Positions 18,243 through 26,548 of a DNA stretch of 64,000 nucleotides are shown here, in pieces. Each line of letters opens with the position of its first letter. Position 1 is the first letter of the stretch. The notes below the pieces were generated by a model. The model was given only the letters and a program-made list of their open reading frames with translations. It was not told the origin of the DNA and made no database searches. The stretch is from assembly GCA_049319825.1 (NCBI GenBank), contig JBMORT010000006.1, positions 80,012 to 144,011 of the forward strand, given 5' to 3'. The stretch comes from Patescibacteria group bacterium (GTDB lineage: Bacteria; Patescibacteriota; Patescibacteriia; UBA11705; DATKZF01). The translations under genes were made by a program, and so were the position numbers.

Positions 18243-20204
18243 TTATTGTGTAAGCAGTAAATCTTGGCTGATATCGATCGCTTTTAAGGTTGCCAATGCC
18301 GGATTAAAATCATCTTTCGAGGTTATCGGATCTCCCAGGTTATAGTTAAAGAAATAAGAATCGGGCATGTCATCGACGAGTTTCGCCCAGTCGTTTCCGT
18401 ACAGCGCTTGCGCCACTTCTTCTGTCTCGATCCATCTGAGAACGCCGTGAGAATCAACGGCATAAACATTGGGGATGGAAATGATTTTTACCATTCTGAC
18501 CCCCGGCCTGTAGGTCACATTGCCGTCAAGTCTGATAGTGGCGAGGAGCGAGTCGCCGATTGTTTTGACATTGGAAAAATCGGGATACCAGGTCATGTAC
18601 GTATTTCGACTCGGAAAAACATGTCTTTTCTGATCTTCTCCGTAATAATAAACGGTATCTAAAGATCCTTTAAAAATGTCTCCGGGATTAAGATTCACAT
18701 CAGTGGCGCACATTTCCGGATAATCGGCAATATATAAAGTTTTGATTTGTTTAAGAGCGGTTTGGGAATCGGACCATAATAAAATGTCTTCTTTTTTTAT
18801 GCCGCCATAAAGCAGGCCCACTTTAATTTGGTGGTGCCATCCGGCGTCGAGTTTGACAACAGAAAAGTTTATGCTGGAGCAACCATATTTTTCGACTTTA
18901 ATCCAAACATCATCGTGATCCATGTCATTACCCTTGTCTTCAAATTGATAAGTCATGGATCCGTCGGCGGAAGATTCCGTCAGCGCGTAAGGCGTGTTTA
19001 TATGTCGCTCTGTCCCATCCGGGTTTACAATGTATAAGTCATATGACAACAAATCGCAGTCAATAACGCAAGGTATTACCGGAATGTTGGTTTCGCATAC
19101 TGATGAATAATTGGTTAAGGTGACCGTTTTCGATTGTTCAACCGCCAATTGTGAGTTTTCCCAGAGAGATATGGTTTCCTTAGCCATGCCCTGGTACAGT
19201 AATTTTACTTTTATTTGATGGGTCCAGCGGCCATTGACTTTAAATACGGTGAATTTGATGTTTTGGCAATCGTTTTGTTCGGCGATTATCCAGATGTCGT
19301 CAAAATCCATGTCCGCGCCTTTGTCTTCGAATTTATAAAGATAGGTGTTTTCATCAAGCGTCTCTTTGCGCACAAAGCTGGAATTTGAATGTCTTTCAGT
19401 GCCGTCCGGATTGATAATGTATAGATCGTACGAAATTTTTTCACAGTTTAGTGTGCATTCGGCCGGAGGGATGTTTTTATCGACGTAATTGATGGTGTCG
19501 CTGATGGCGCCGGAAGTGGCGCCGCTGGAATTTTTGAATTTGGCATACACGATTTTTGTTCCGAAATTTTCGGTCAACGTCCAACTTTTGCCAGATTGAT
19601 AAGCTTCCCACTGGGCGCCTGTAAAGCTCTGATCATTGGAGATCATCATTTGGTTGACATTACTGGCAATTAAGCTGAGACTGACCGTTCGGCTGTTTGT
19701 CTCGGCGGCATTGTTATTGATAACGATGGCGGTGTTGTATGGATATTGCGGAGTAAATACACCGCCGCCGCCACCACCACCGCCACCGCATCCCGGATTT
19801 ATTGAAGTTACTTCCAGCCGTAAAACAACTGTCGCCCCGGTGCCGTTCATGGTTACGGAATTGGTAATGCAAGCCGGGCTGGTAGTGTAAGCGTTTGATC
19901 CGGATTGTTTGGTTATTTTAAGATATTGAGACGAACTGCTGGTACTGAAAGCGATGCTGGATCCGGCATCGAGAGTAATATCAATATAATTGGACTGAAT
20001 GTCAATGTTTGTGGCCAGGCTGCCATTTTGGGCGATAACCGTCGCGAGGGTGGGCGAAGCGTCAATGGTATTGACCTCTAAATTGGTGTTTGAACTGAAT
20101 GATATGTCATTGATGCCAAAAACAGCAAACGGGTAGCCCAAAAGCAATGTAAATAAAAGAATCACCAACGTGTTTATCAAATTAAATTTATTTGATTTAT
20201 TCAT
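18243..20204 (-). CDS. Secreted surface protein (Gly linker, Ig-like module, two DUF4114-like repeats, CPR-type C-terminal domain)
   Basis: Signal peptide; poly-Gly; INNNAAETNSRTVSL..MMISND module; two ~125-aa repeats with YDLYI.NPDGTERH and FEDKG.DMD.DD; C-terminal VYYYGEDQKRHVFP..YMTWYPDF domain. Confidence 0.85.
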   Translation of the reverse strand: MNKSNKFNLINTLVILLFTLLLGYPFAVFGINDISFSSNTNLEVNTIDASPTLATVIAQNGSLATNIDIQSNYIDITLDAGSSIAFSTSSSSQYLKITKQSGSNAYTTSPACITNSVTMNGTGATVVLRLEVTSINPGCGGGGGGGGGVFTPQYPYNTAIVINNNAAETNSRTVSLSLIASNVNQMMISNDQSFTGAQWEAYQSGKSWTLTENFGTKIVYAKFKNSSGATSGAISDTINYVDKNIPPAECTLNCEKISYDLYIINPDGTERHSNSSFVRKETLDENTYLYKFEDKGADMDFDDIWIIAEQNDCQNIKFTVFKVNGRWTHQIKVKLLYQGMAKETISLWENSQLAVEQSKTVTLTNYSSVCETNIPVIPCVIDCDLLSYDLYIVNPDGTERHINTPYALTESSADGSMTYQFEDKGNDMDHDDVWIKVEKYGCSSINFSVVKLDAGWHHQIKVGLLYGGIKKEDILLWSDSQTALKQIKTLYIADYPEMCATDVNLNPGDIFKGSLDTVYYYGEDQKRHVFPSRNTYMTWYPDFSNVKTIGDSLLATIRLDGNVTYRPGVRMVKIISIPNVYAVDSHGVLRWIETEEVAQALYGNDWAKLVDDMPDSYFFNYNLGDPITSKDDFNPALATLKAIDISQDLLLTQ

Positions 20205-20206
20205 AA

Positions 20207-23200
20207 TTATTGTTCAGACAAAGTCACGTATCCGCCATACACGCTATCGGCATTGCCGGTATTGACATAGATTGTCAAATAATTGGTGGTGCTGGAAGCG
20301 GTGTCGGTTATATTGATTTCAGTGCCGACAACTCCTGCCCCTAAATTCGTGGCGGTGGTGTTATTGGTGATGTCGTTGGCGTAAACGGTAACGGTGTTTG
20401 TTGTGTCCGAACCGTATACCATGGCCGCGGTCGCCTGAAATCCGGTGGGGATGGCAATGGTTGCCGCCATTTGCGTGGTACCGCTGCTGGCGGTGACCGA
20501 CGTGCCATCAGTGGCGATGGTGGCGTTATCGTCATTGTCATCGGAAATGAAATCCGCTGGTAATAATTTGAGCCGAGTGGTCGAGCCGAACCAGCCGTTT
20601 CGTACCCAGCTGAGATTACCATTGCCGTCAGTTTGCAAAAATTGTCCGGAATTGCCGTCATTCGCCGGCATGGTATATGTGGTATTTTGAGTCATGGCCG
20701 CCGGCGGCTGGAAAATGATTTCATAATCGGTCGGACCTTGCTCGGAATATATTCTTAATTGCCCGTCAGTGCCGTTGCGCCCTGTCCTGATGGCGCCGGT
20801 GGTATCTATTGCGTAGGCAGGAGCGTTGGTGCCGACGCCCAATCGCTTATTGGTATTATCCCAGAAAAAGTTGGTATTATCTTGTGTTATCAAGCCTGAC
20901 GTTCCCGTGAATACGACTGAGCCGGCAGTCAAATCAGAAATAGTTAATGTTTCTCCCGCATTCAGCAAGATATCGTCTCCGGCGGTTGCCGGTGATAAAT
21001 TGGTGCCGGTTCTGGACCAGTAGTTGGTGCCGGCCGAGCTAACACAATCAGTCCAGGCGCCGGATTGATAGCATCTGAATTTATTGGTATTGGTATTGTA
21101 ATAAATCGCACCGTTAGTGCCGGCCGGATCACCGGCATCGCTTTTTTTATCCAAAATCAAAAGATCGGGAGTGGTTGAACCGGCGCCGCCGGCGCCGATT
21201 TGAACATAAGCTGTAGTGCCGGTGCCGGCCGGTTGCAGCGTGATATTTCCGGTAGTGGTGGAAAAGCTGGAGGCGGCGCCGCCTTGCATGGCCAGCGCTG
21301 AAGCCGATGTTAAATTAAGGTTGCCCGATGAAGTTGACCAGGTTGAGGTGGCGCCGGCGGTGAGTGTCAGCGCGCCGGAAGAAGTAAATTGCGAGGCGGA
21401 TGTCGGGGTGAGATTGACCGCCCCTGATCCAGTGGCGTTGAAGTTTCCCGATGTCAGATTAAAAACTATCGGTATGCCCGCGGCGGTGGTGATTGACGCG
21501 CCGTTATCGTACGCGGTTTGCAAGGTGGCGGAAGCCCCGGTGGTATCGCAGTCTTTCCAGGCGCCGCTTTCATAGCAGCGGAATTTATTGGTGGTTGAGT
21601 TATAATAGGTGAGCCCGTTTGAACCGGCCGGATCAGCGCCAATTGAGCCAAGCAATAATTCGCCGGTTATCGTGGTCCTGTCAGTGCTGCCATTGCCCAA
21701 ATTTGAATTGCCTTGAACACCAAGATCGCCGGTTAGCGTTAATCCGGTAAATTGGGGGCTGTCCGCTGTGCCCAATCCGAGAGATGTTCTGGCGGTGTTG
21801 CCGGATTCTGCGACCCAAGTGGTGCCATTGCCGACTATAAAGTCGCTATCAGCGGATGATAATCCAGCAATGGCGGCCAAGGCGCCACTGAGAGAAAAAT
21901 TAATTGTGTCTGTGCCCGCGTTTCCGGTGACGTACATCCCTGTTCCCGCGGTTAAAGCTAAAGTGTCTGTCGACGCGTCCGCTACCGGGTTTGTTCCCAG
22001 CGGAGTGGAAATCGTTTCAAAAAGATTTTGAGCAGCGGCAGAAACAGTGGCCCACTGAGGGTCTGCCCCGGCGCCCTGAGTTTGCAGGACTTGGCCGCTG
22101 GTTCCCGGAGACAGAGTCACCCAATCAGATCCGTCAAAGTAAAGGACTTCGCCCTGAGCGGCGGTAATTGAGGCGATATCATCGAGGTAAGAATCCCAAG
22201 CCTGAACATTGGAGCCGATAGCTAATCCCAAGTTTGATCGAGCGGTGGTGGCGTCGGTGGCGCCAGTGCCGCCTTTGGCGATGCTCAGAGTGCCGCCCAA
22301 ATTGTCCAATGTTAAATTAGCTTCAGTGATATCAATATCGATTTCATTATTGATGGCGTCGTTCGAAACGTTGACTTTGCTTGATCCGGCATTGATATTC
22401 TTAAATTCCAAGTCAGCGCCGGTTTTTTGTAAAAATGGTCCGACCCCGCCAACACCTTGATTCGAGGCGGTATTAGTTTCTCCGCCGCCGCCTGCCGCCC
22501 ACTGCGGATTGGCGCCGGCGCCTTGCGTTTGCAAAAATTGTCCGGAGGTGCCGGCGGCGAGCCTGACCCAGTTGGTGCCGTTAAAGTAAAGGACATCGCC
22601 CTGAGCTTCGCCGGATATCGTTAAATCGGTTACGGTGGTTGAACTATAAGATCCGGAAACGTCCCCGCTGAAAGAAGTGGCAGTGGTCAAGTCATCAGTG
22701 CTGACCTTGTCCCAATTGGCAGTGCTTGTCTGCTGCCAGTTGGCGCCGTCGCCGATAATAATGTTGTTGTTTGTCGGAGTTAAACCGGCGATGTCATCGA
22801 GCTGGACATCCCAAGCCTGAACGCTAGTACCAATGTTCGCATCGAGAAGCAAAGTTCCGGTTGCAGCAGGAATAGTGACAGTAACATCGGCGCCGGGATC
22901 GGCAGCGGTTAACTGAACTTCATTGCCGTCAGCGGAAGTGCCTTCAAACCAGAGAGAATTGCCGTCGTTTCCCGCGGTAGCGGTAAATGCCGCTCCTGAA
23001 GCGACATCGCCAACATCTGTAACATCACCTGAGCCTGCGGCAGCCGCCCACTGCGGATTGGCGCCGGCGCCTTGCGTTTGCAAAAATTGTCCGGAGGTGC
23101 CGGCGGCGAGCCTGACCCAGTTGGTGCCGTTAAAGTAAAGGACATCGCCCTGAGCTTCGCCGGATATCGTTAAATCGGTTACGGTGGTTGAACTATAAGA

Positions 23201-23482
23201 TCCGGAAACGTCCCCGCTGAAAACGGTGCTGGTCGTTAAATCGTCAGCATTGTTTTTATCCCAGGCGGCGGCGTTTAGCCAGGTGGCATTGCCGAGGGCA
23301 TCGGATTGAAGAATAAAACCGGCTCCGGCCCCGTTTGAAAACAATAAATTACCCTGAACGCTGAGATTTCCGCCGGTGGTGATGTTATTGCCAATAGTGG
23401 TGGCTGCCAAAGTGGATGGGCAAATCACTAAATTTAATAAAAGGATTATTCCAAAGGCCTTTAATTTTTTTTTGATGTTCAT
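20207..23482 (-). CDS. Large secreted Gly/Thr/Ala-rich fibre/adhesin-like protein (1091 aa)
   Basis: Signal peptide then ATTIGNNITTGG; repeated GDVLYFNGTNWV.L.GTSGQ.LQTQGAGA.PQW, VQAWD..LDDIA and YYN.TTNKFRCY..GAW.DC modules; LGVGTNAP, typical of tail-fibre-like proteins. Confidence 0.85.
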   Translation of the reverse strand: MNIKKKLKAFGIILLLNLVICPSTLAATTIGNNITTGGNLSVQGNLLFSNGAGAGFILQSDALGNATWLNAAAWDKNNADDLTTSTVFSGDVSGSYSSTTVTDLTISGEAQGDVLYFNGTNWVRLAAGTSGQFLQTQGAGANPQWAAAAGSGDVTDVGDVASGAAFTATAGNDGNSLWFEGTSADGNEVQLTAADPGADVTVTIPAATGTLLLDANIGTSVQAWDVQLDDIAGLTPTNNNIIIGDGANWQQTSTANWDKVSTDDLTTATSFSGDVSGSYSSTTVTDLTISGEAQGDVLYFNGTNWVRLAAGTSGQFLQTQGAGANPQWAAGGGGETNTASNQGVGGVGPFLQKTGADLEFKNINAGSSKVNVSNDAINNEIDIDITEANLTLDNLGGTLSIAKGGTGATDATTARSNLGLAIGSNVQAWDSYLDDIASITAAQGEVLYFDGSDWVTLSPGTSGQVLQTQGAGADPQWATVSAAAQNLFETISTPLGTNPVADASTDTLALTAGTGMYVTGNAGTDTINFSLSGALAAIAGLSSADSDFIVGNGTTWVAESGNTARTSLGLGTADSPQFTGLTLTGDLGVQGNSNLGNGSTDRTTITGELLLGSIGADPAGSNGLTYYNSTTNKFRCYESGAWKDCDTTGASATLQTAYDNGASITTAAGIPIVFNLTSGNFNATGSGAVNLTPTSASQFTSSGALTLTAGATSTWSTSSGNLNLTSASALAMQGGAASSFSTTTGNITLQPAGTGTTAYVQIGAGGAGSTTPDLLILDKKSDAGDPAGTNGAIYYNTNTNKFRCYQSGAWTDCVSSAGTNYWSRTGTNLSPATAGDDILLNAGETLTISDLTAGSVVFTGTSGLITQDNTNFFWDNTNKRLGVGTNAPAYAIDTTGAIRTGRNGTDGQLRIYSEQGPTDYEIIFQPPAAMTQNTTYTMPANDGNSGQFLQTDGNGNLSWVRNGWFGSTTRLKLLPADFISDDNDDNATIATDGTSVTASSGTTQMAATIAIPTGFQATAAMVYGSDTTNTVTVYANDITNNTTATNLGAGVVGTEINITDTASSTTNYLTIYVNTGNADSVYGGYVTLSEQ
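22494..23222. repeat. Exact 180-bp intragenic direct repeat (22494-22673 = 23043-23222)
   Basis: Read base by base as identical; 60 codons in frame; a diverged third copy lies near 22048-22160. Confidence 0.9.
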
Positions 23483-23627
23483 AAATAAAAATTTGATTTA
23501 TTCAAGAAATATAAATAAATTTATTTCATTTGGTTGAATAAATTATACCATAAATAGCAGTTTAAGAAAATGTGGACAATTATACTTTCCGTGTGGTAGC
23601 AATATAAAAGCGATATGGCGCTGCGAT

Positions 23628-23692
23628 TTGACAAATTTGTATCCGAAGTTTAATATATTGTGTTGTTCGTTCTTTTTAAAAAGATAGGAGGT
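23628..23692 (+). promoter_or_regulatory. Promoter and SD of the RelA-like ORF
   Basis: TTGACA-17-TAATAT; AGGAGGT upstream of ATG 23696. Confidence 0.7.
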
Positions 23693-23695
23693 GCA

Positions 23696-24889
23696 ATGAG
23701 AGATTTCATCCATCTGGTTACGCCGCCGGATTTGCTGCTGCGCTATGCCATGGATAAAGAAAAGATAGCTCGAGAATACCCCAAAGGGTTTGAACATGCT
23801 CAAAGCATGGATCGTTTATTTCGAGCCATTGCCTCGCAGGAAGTATCCGATGCCAGGATGGCGATATCAGGCTGGCTTGAACAAACGGTCGGCGATGCGT
23901 TCCCTGCCGATATTTTATACGACATATTCACTGAAGCGATTCAGGAGGCCAAGGGGTTTCGCGAGGAATTGCTCAGAGAATTCGTGCCGGAGAAGGTGCG
24001 GTTTGTTTTCACGTCAGAAGGAATTTGCCGACCGACGAACGATCCCATCAATTTGCTTCGAATCATGCATGATCCCCCGGGAAATTCAATATATAGAAGG
24101 ATCAGATCATTTGAGGCGAATTTGTTTTTCAGCTTGGGGATGAGGTATTTGATTATGTTGATGAAAAATAAAAGTCGGGAAGCTTTTCTTTCTGATCTGA
24201 CAGAAATATTGGAAAGTGATTTTTTCTCCCGCGATTGCCACGGCGAATTCAGAAGAATTCTGGAAATCGTATATGATAAAAACAACTATCACCGATTCGT
24301 GAAATTTTTGGAAGCGGGCGAAAGCGCCAAACACATTTTTCGCTGGCCGTTATGGTTTAGAAAAATCAGTGTTTACGGCCGTGATATGTATGTTTTATAT
24401 GATAGCCGCGATAAGCGTATGCAGGACGTTTTTAGAAAAACATTGCTTGATTCAACCGCCGCCAATCCGATTGCCGCCGATGTAAACGCAATTACTTTCG
24501 TGTTCCTATCGGAGGAAGACCTAAAACAAGCTTTTGAATTGTTGACATCCAAAATATTCACTAATTTTGTCGGTGTAGTCAAGTATCGCATCGATGGAGA
24601 TGGCGATACCAATGGATACTCGGCGCGGACAAACGCTCCCAACAGACATTTTAAGGTCTGGCACCGGGGGAGATTGGTCGAGGTTCAAATGTTTTTATTC
24701 GGAAATTATTTTAATCGAAAATTTTCCATTGACGAGTCCAACCATCATCTTTATCGATTGCGCCAGGTTTGCGATGTCCTGCCGATGCTGGCGCCCCAAG
24801 ACGTTTATAATGTCGATTGGAAAGATGAGGAGCTTCTGCGCCAAATGCATCAATTGCAGATCTATCGTTCTTTGGCCAATTTTAATTAA
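23696..24889 (+). CDS. Divergent RelA/SpoT-synthetase-like nucleotidyltransferase
   Basis: Ordered degenerate synthetase motifs in the C-terminal half: SRDK..DVFRK, IAADVNAITFV, NGYS, LVEVQMF, NHHLYR. No HD hydrolase domain seen. Confidence 0.6.
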   Translation: MRDFIHLVTPPDLLLRYAMDKEKIAREYPKGFEHAQSMDRLFRAIASQEVSDARMAISGWLEQTVGDAFPADILYDIFTEAIQEAKGFREELLREFVPEKVRFVFTSEGICRPTNDPINLLRIMHDPPGNSIYRRIRSFEANLFFSLGMRYLIMLMKNKSREAFLSDLTEILESDFFSRDCHGEFRRILEIVYDKNNYHRFVKFLEAGESAKHIFRWPLWFRKISVYGRDMYVLYDSRDKRMQDVFRKTLLDSTAANPIAADVNAITFVFLSEEDLKQAFELLTSKIFTNFVGVVKYRIDGDGDTNGYSARTNAPNRHFKVWHRGRLVEVQMFLFGNYFNRKFSIDESNHHLYRLRQVCDVLPMLAPQDVYNVDWKDEELLRQMHQLQIYRSLANFN

Positions 24890-24919
24890 AAACCGCTTTT
24901 CATAAAAGCGGGTTTTTTT
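24889..24919 (+). terminator. Intrinsic (bidirectional) terminator
   Basis: AAAACCGCTTTT-CAT-AAAAGCGG followed by a T-run. Confidence 0.8.
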
Positions 24920-25010
24920 ATACAAGTAAAGATAATACATCCGGAAAATAGAAATAAAAGAAGTTAAATAATAGATTTTGTTTAGCGACCTCATTTTCGA
25001 AATTTGAAAT

Positions 25011-25086
25011 TGGTCGGGGTAGTGAGACTTGAACTCACGACCTCATGCACCCCATGCATGCGCGCTACCAACTGCGCTATACCCCG
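25011..25086 (-). tRNA. tRNA-Pro(GGG)
   Basis: Reverse complement CGGGGTA..CATGC-ATGGGGT-GCATG..GTTCAAGTC..TACCCCG-ACCA. Confidence 0.96.
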
Positions 25087-25090
25087 ACAT

Positions 25091-25181
25091 CATGGATCAT
25101 GGATCATGGATCATGGATCATGGATCATGGATCATGGATCATGGATCATGGATCATGGATCATGGATCATGAATCATGGAT
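25091..25181. repeat. Heptamer tandem array (CATGGAT)x13 in the tRNA-Pro 5' leader
   Basis: 13 units, one variant CATGAAT; lies between the minus-strand promoter TTTACA-17-TAAAAT (25206-25234) and the tRNA. Confidence 0.95.
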
Positions 25182-25241
25182 CAATGAAACCTGGAATACG
25201 AATTGATTTTAACAAAAAAATTCGTTTTTGTAAACGCTATT

Positions 25242-26372
25242 TTAGATTAAATTTTTTAAGTATTCCAGCACCTGTTCTTTGGCTGAAGCGAAATTGGCAG
25301 TGTCAATCTTGACCCGAATTAAGTCAGCGGCGCCGGTCGGATTGAATTCCGAAAAATTTTTAAGAAGATCGATGTCTTTTTCCGTTTTAATGATGCAGTG
25401 AGTGGCACTAGCATCGGTTTGAAAAAAAATGGCGGTGTGCTGAATCGAGGGTATGCTGCTGATCAGCTCATCGATAACTTCCACCAAATCTTTGCTGGAG
25501 CTGTTGTTGGACTTGAAATCTTCGGCGGTTACGCGTGACCAGGCGATTTTTTGATCGGGATCCGTCTCCAGATGGCTGAGTACCGTGCCCCAGAGTTTAA
25601 GTGTGCCGACAGATTTTGTTTGATAAAGGTTTTTAATAATTAAATCGCGCTGAGCACCGCTGGCGATCAGCTGGGAGGCGATGTTTAGCGAACGCGGAGT
25701 GACTTTTTTATGTCGAAAGCTTTTGGTCTTGTCGATCATGCCGGTCAATAGATAGGTGGCGATGGTTTCATCGATCAGGCTGTCATCGATCGAAGTGAAC
25801 AGTTCGTATAAAATTTCAGCAACGGAAACGGCGGTGACATTAACCATGTTGGTGTGGCCGAAATGTTCATTCTCCGGCAGATTGCAAATGTTAATGATCG
25901 GTGTGTTATAAAAAAAATCAGGATTGTTTTCGTAGATTTTGTCGAGCGATTCGAGATCCGGCGTGTTGAGAGTGAAAATTAAATCATGACGGTATTCTGA
26001 ATTGGAGCAGCTGACGCGATCTTTGGTGAGCTCGCCATTTTTGGGAGTGATAAATATTTTGAGACGATCATCAATGACTTTATAGCTGAATTTATCAACT
26101 TGAGAATTTTGCAGATCAAGATCGATAACCAATTTTCGGAGATTAGTCAAGTCTGGTTTGATGGTATCGGTTCGCGGTAAAAAACTGATATTGGTGGGGA
26201 TTTTAAAATTAGGGCAGACAATATCTCCCTGTTTATCGAGCTTTTTCAGCCAGAAAGCCAGCGCCAAGCTGGAAGCGATCACGTCGGTGCCGTTATTGTT
26301 TCTGAAGGTTATCAGCGGGCTCCGACTTCTTTTGACTGATTCGTAAATTTGTTGCGTGACATTAAGAGCCAT
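25242..26372 (-). CDS. DHH/NrnA-family phosphoesterase-like protein with degenerate active site
   Basis: DVIASSLAL, DLIFTLNTPD, PIINICNLPENEHFG (no DHH), IATYLLTGMIDKTKSF, LIASGA. Confidence 0.8.
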   Translation of the reverse strand: MALNVTQQIYESVKRSRSPLITFRNNNGTDVIASSLALAFWLKKLDKQGDIVCPNFKIPTNISFLPRTDTIKPDLTNLRKLVIDLDLQNSQVDKFSYKVIDDRLKIFITPKNGELTKDRVSCSNSEYRHDLIFTLNTPDLESLDKIYENNPDFFYNTPIINICNLPENEHFGHTNMVNVTAVSVAEILYELFTSIDDSLIDETIATYLLTGMIDKTKSFRHKKVTPRSLNIASQLIASGAQRDLIIKNLYQTKSVGTLKLWGTVLSHLETDPDQKIAWSRVTAEDFKSNNSSSKDLVEVIDELISSIPSIQHTAIFFQTDASATHCIIKTEKDIDLLKNFSEFNPTGAADLIRVKIDTANFASAKEQVLEYLKNLI

Positions 26373-26476
26373 AAACAATGGTTGAAGTTTTAGTTTATTG
26401 TTTTTTTTATCGAAAGTCAAGGTTTGAGTTTTTGTGTTTGTTTTGATAAAATACAATCATAATTTATAAATACAAG

Positions 26477-26542
26477 CGATGCTAATATACCTGCCTGCCG
26501 CCTGCCTGACGGCAGTCAGGGCAGGCAGGTATATTAGCATCG
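26477..26542. repeat. 66-nt palindromic element with 23-bp perfect arms immediately before valS
   Basis: CGATGCTAATATACCTGCCTGCC ... GGCAGGCAGGTATATTAGCATCG. Confidence 0.85.
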
Positions 26543-26548
26543 ATGTTT

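Noticed and set aside
22494-23222. Possible DGR template/variable repeat pair
   Set aside because: The copies are identical (no adenine-specific mismatches), both are in frame within one gene, and no reverse transcriptase is present.
25091-25181. Possible CRISPR array
   Set aside because: Contiguous 7-mers with no unique spacers, and no cas genes in the window.
25004-25312. 102-aa ORF with HGSWIMD repeats
   Set aside because: It is the antisense translation of tRNA-Pro plus the heptamer array.
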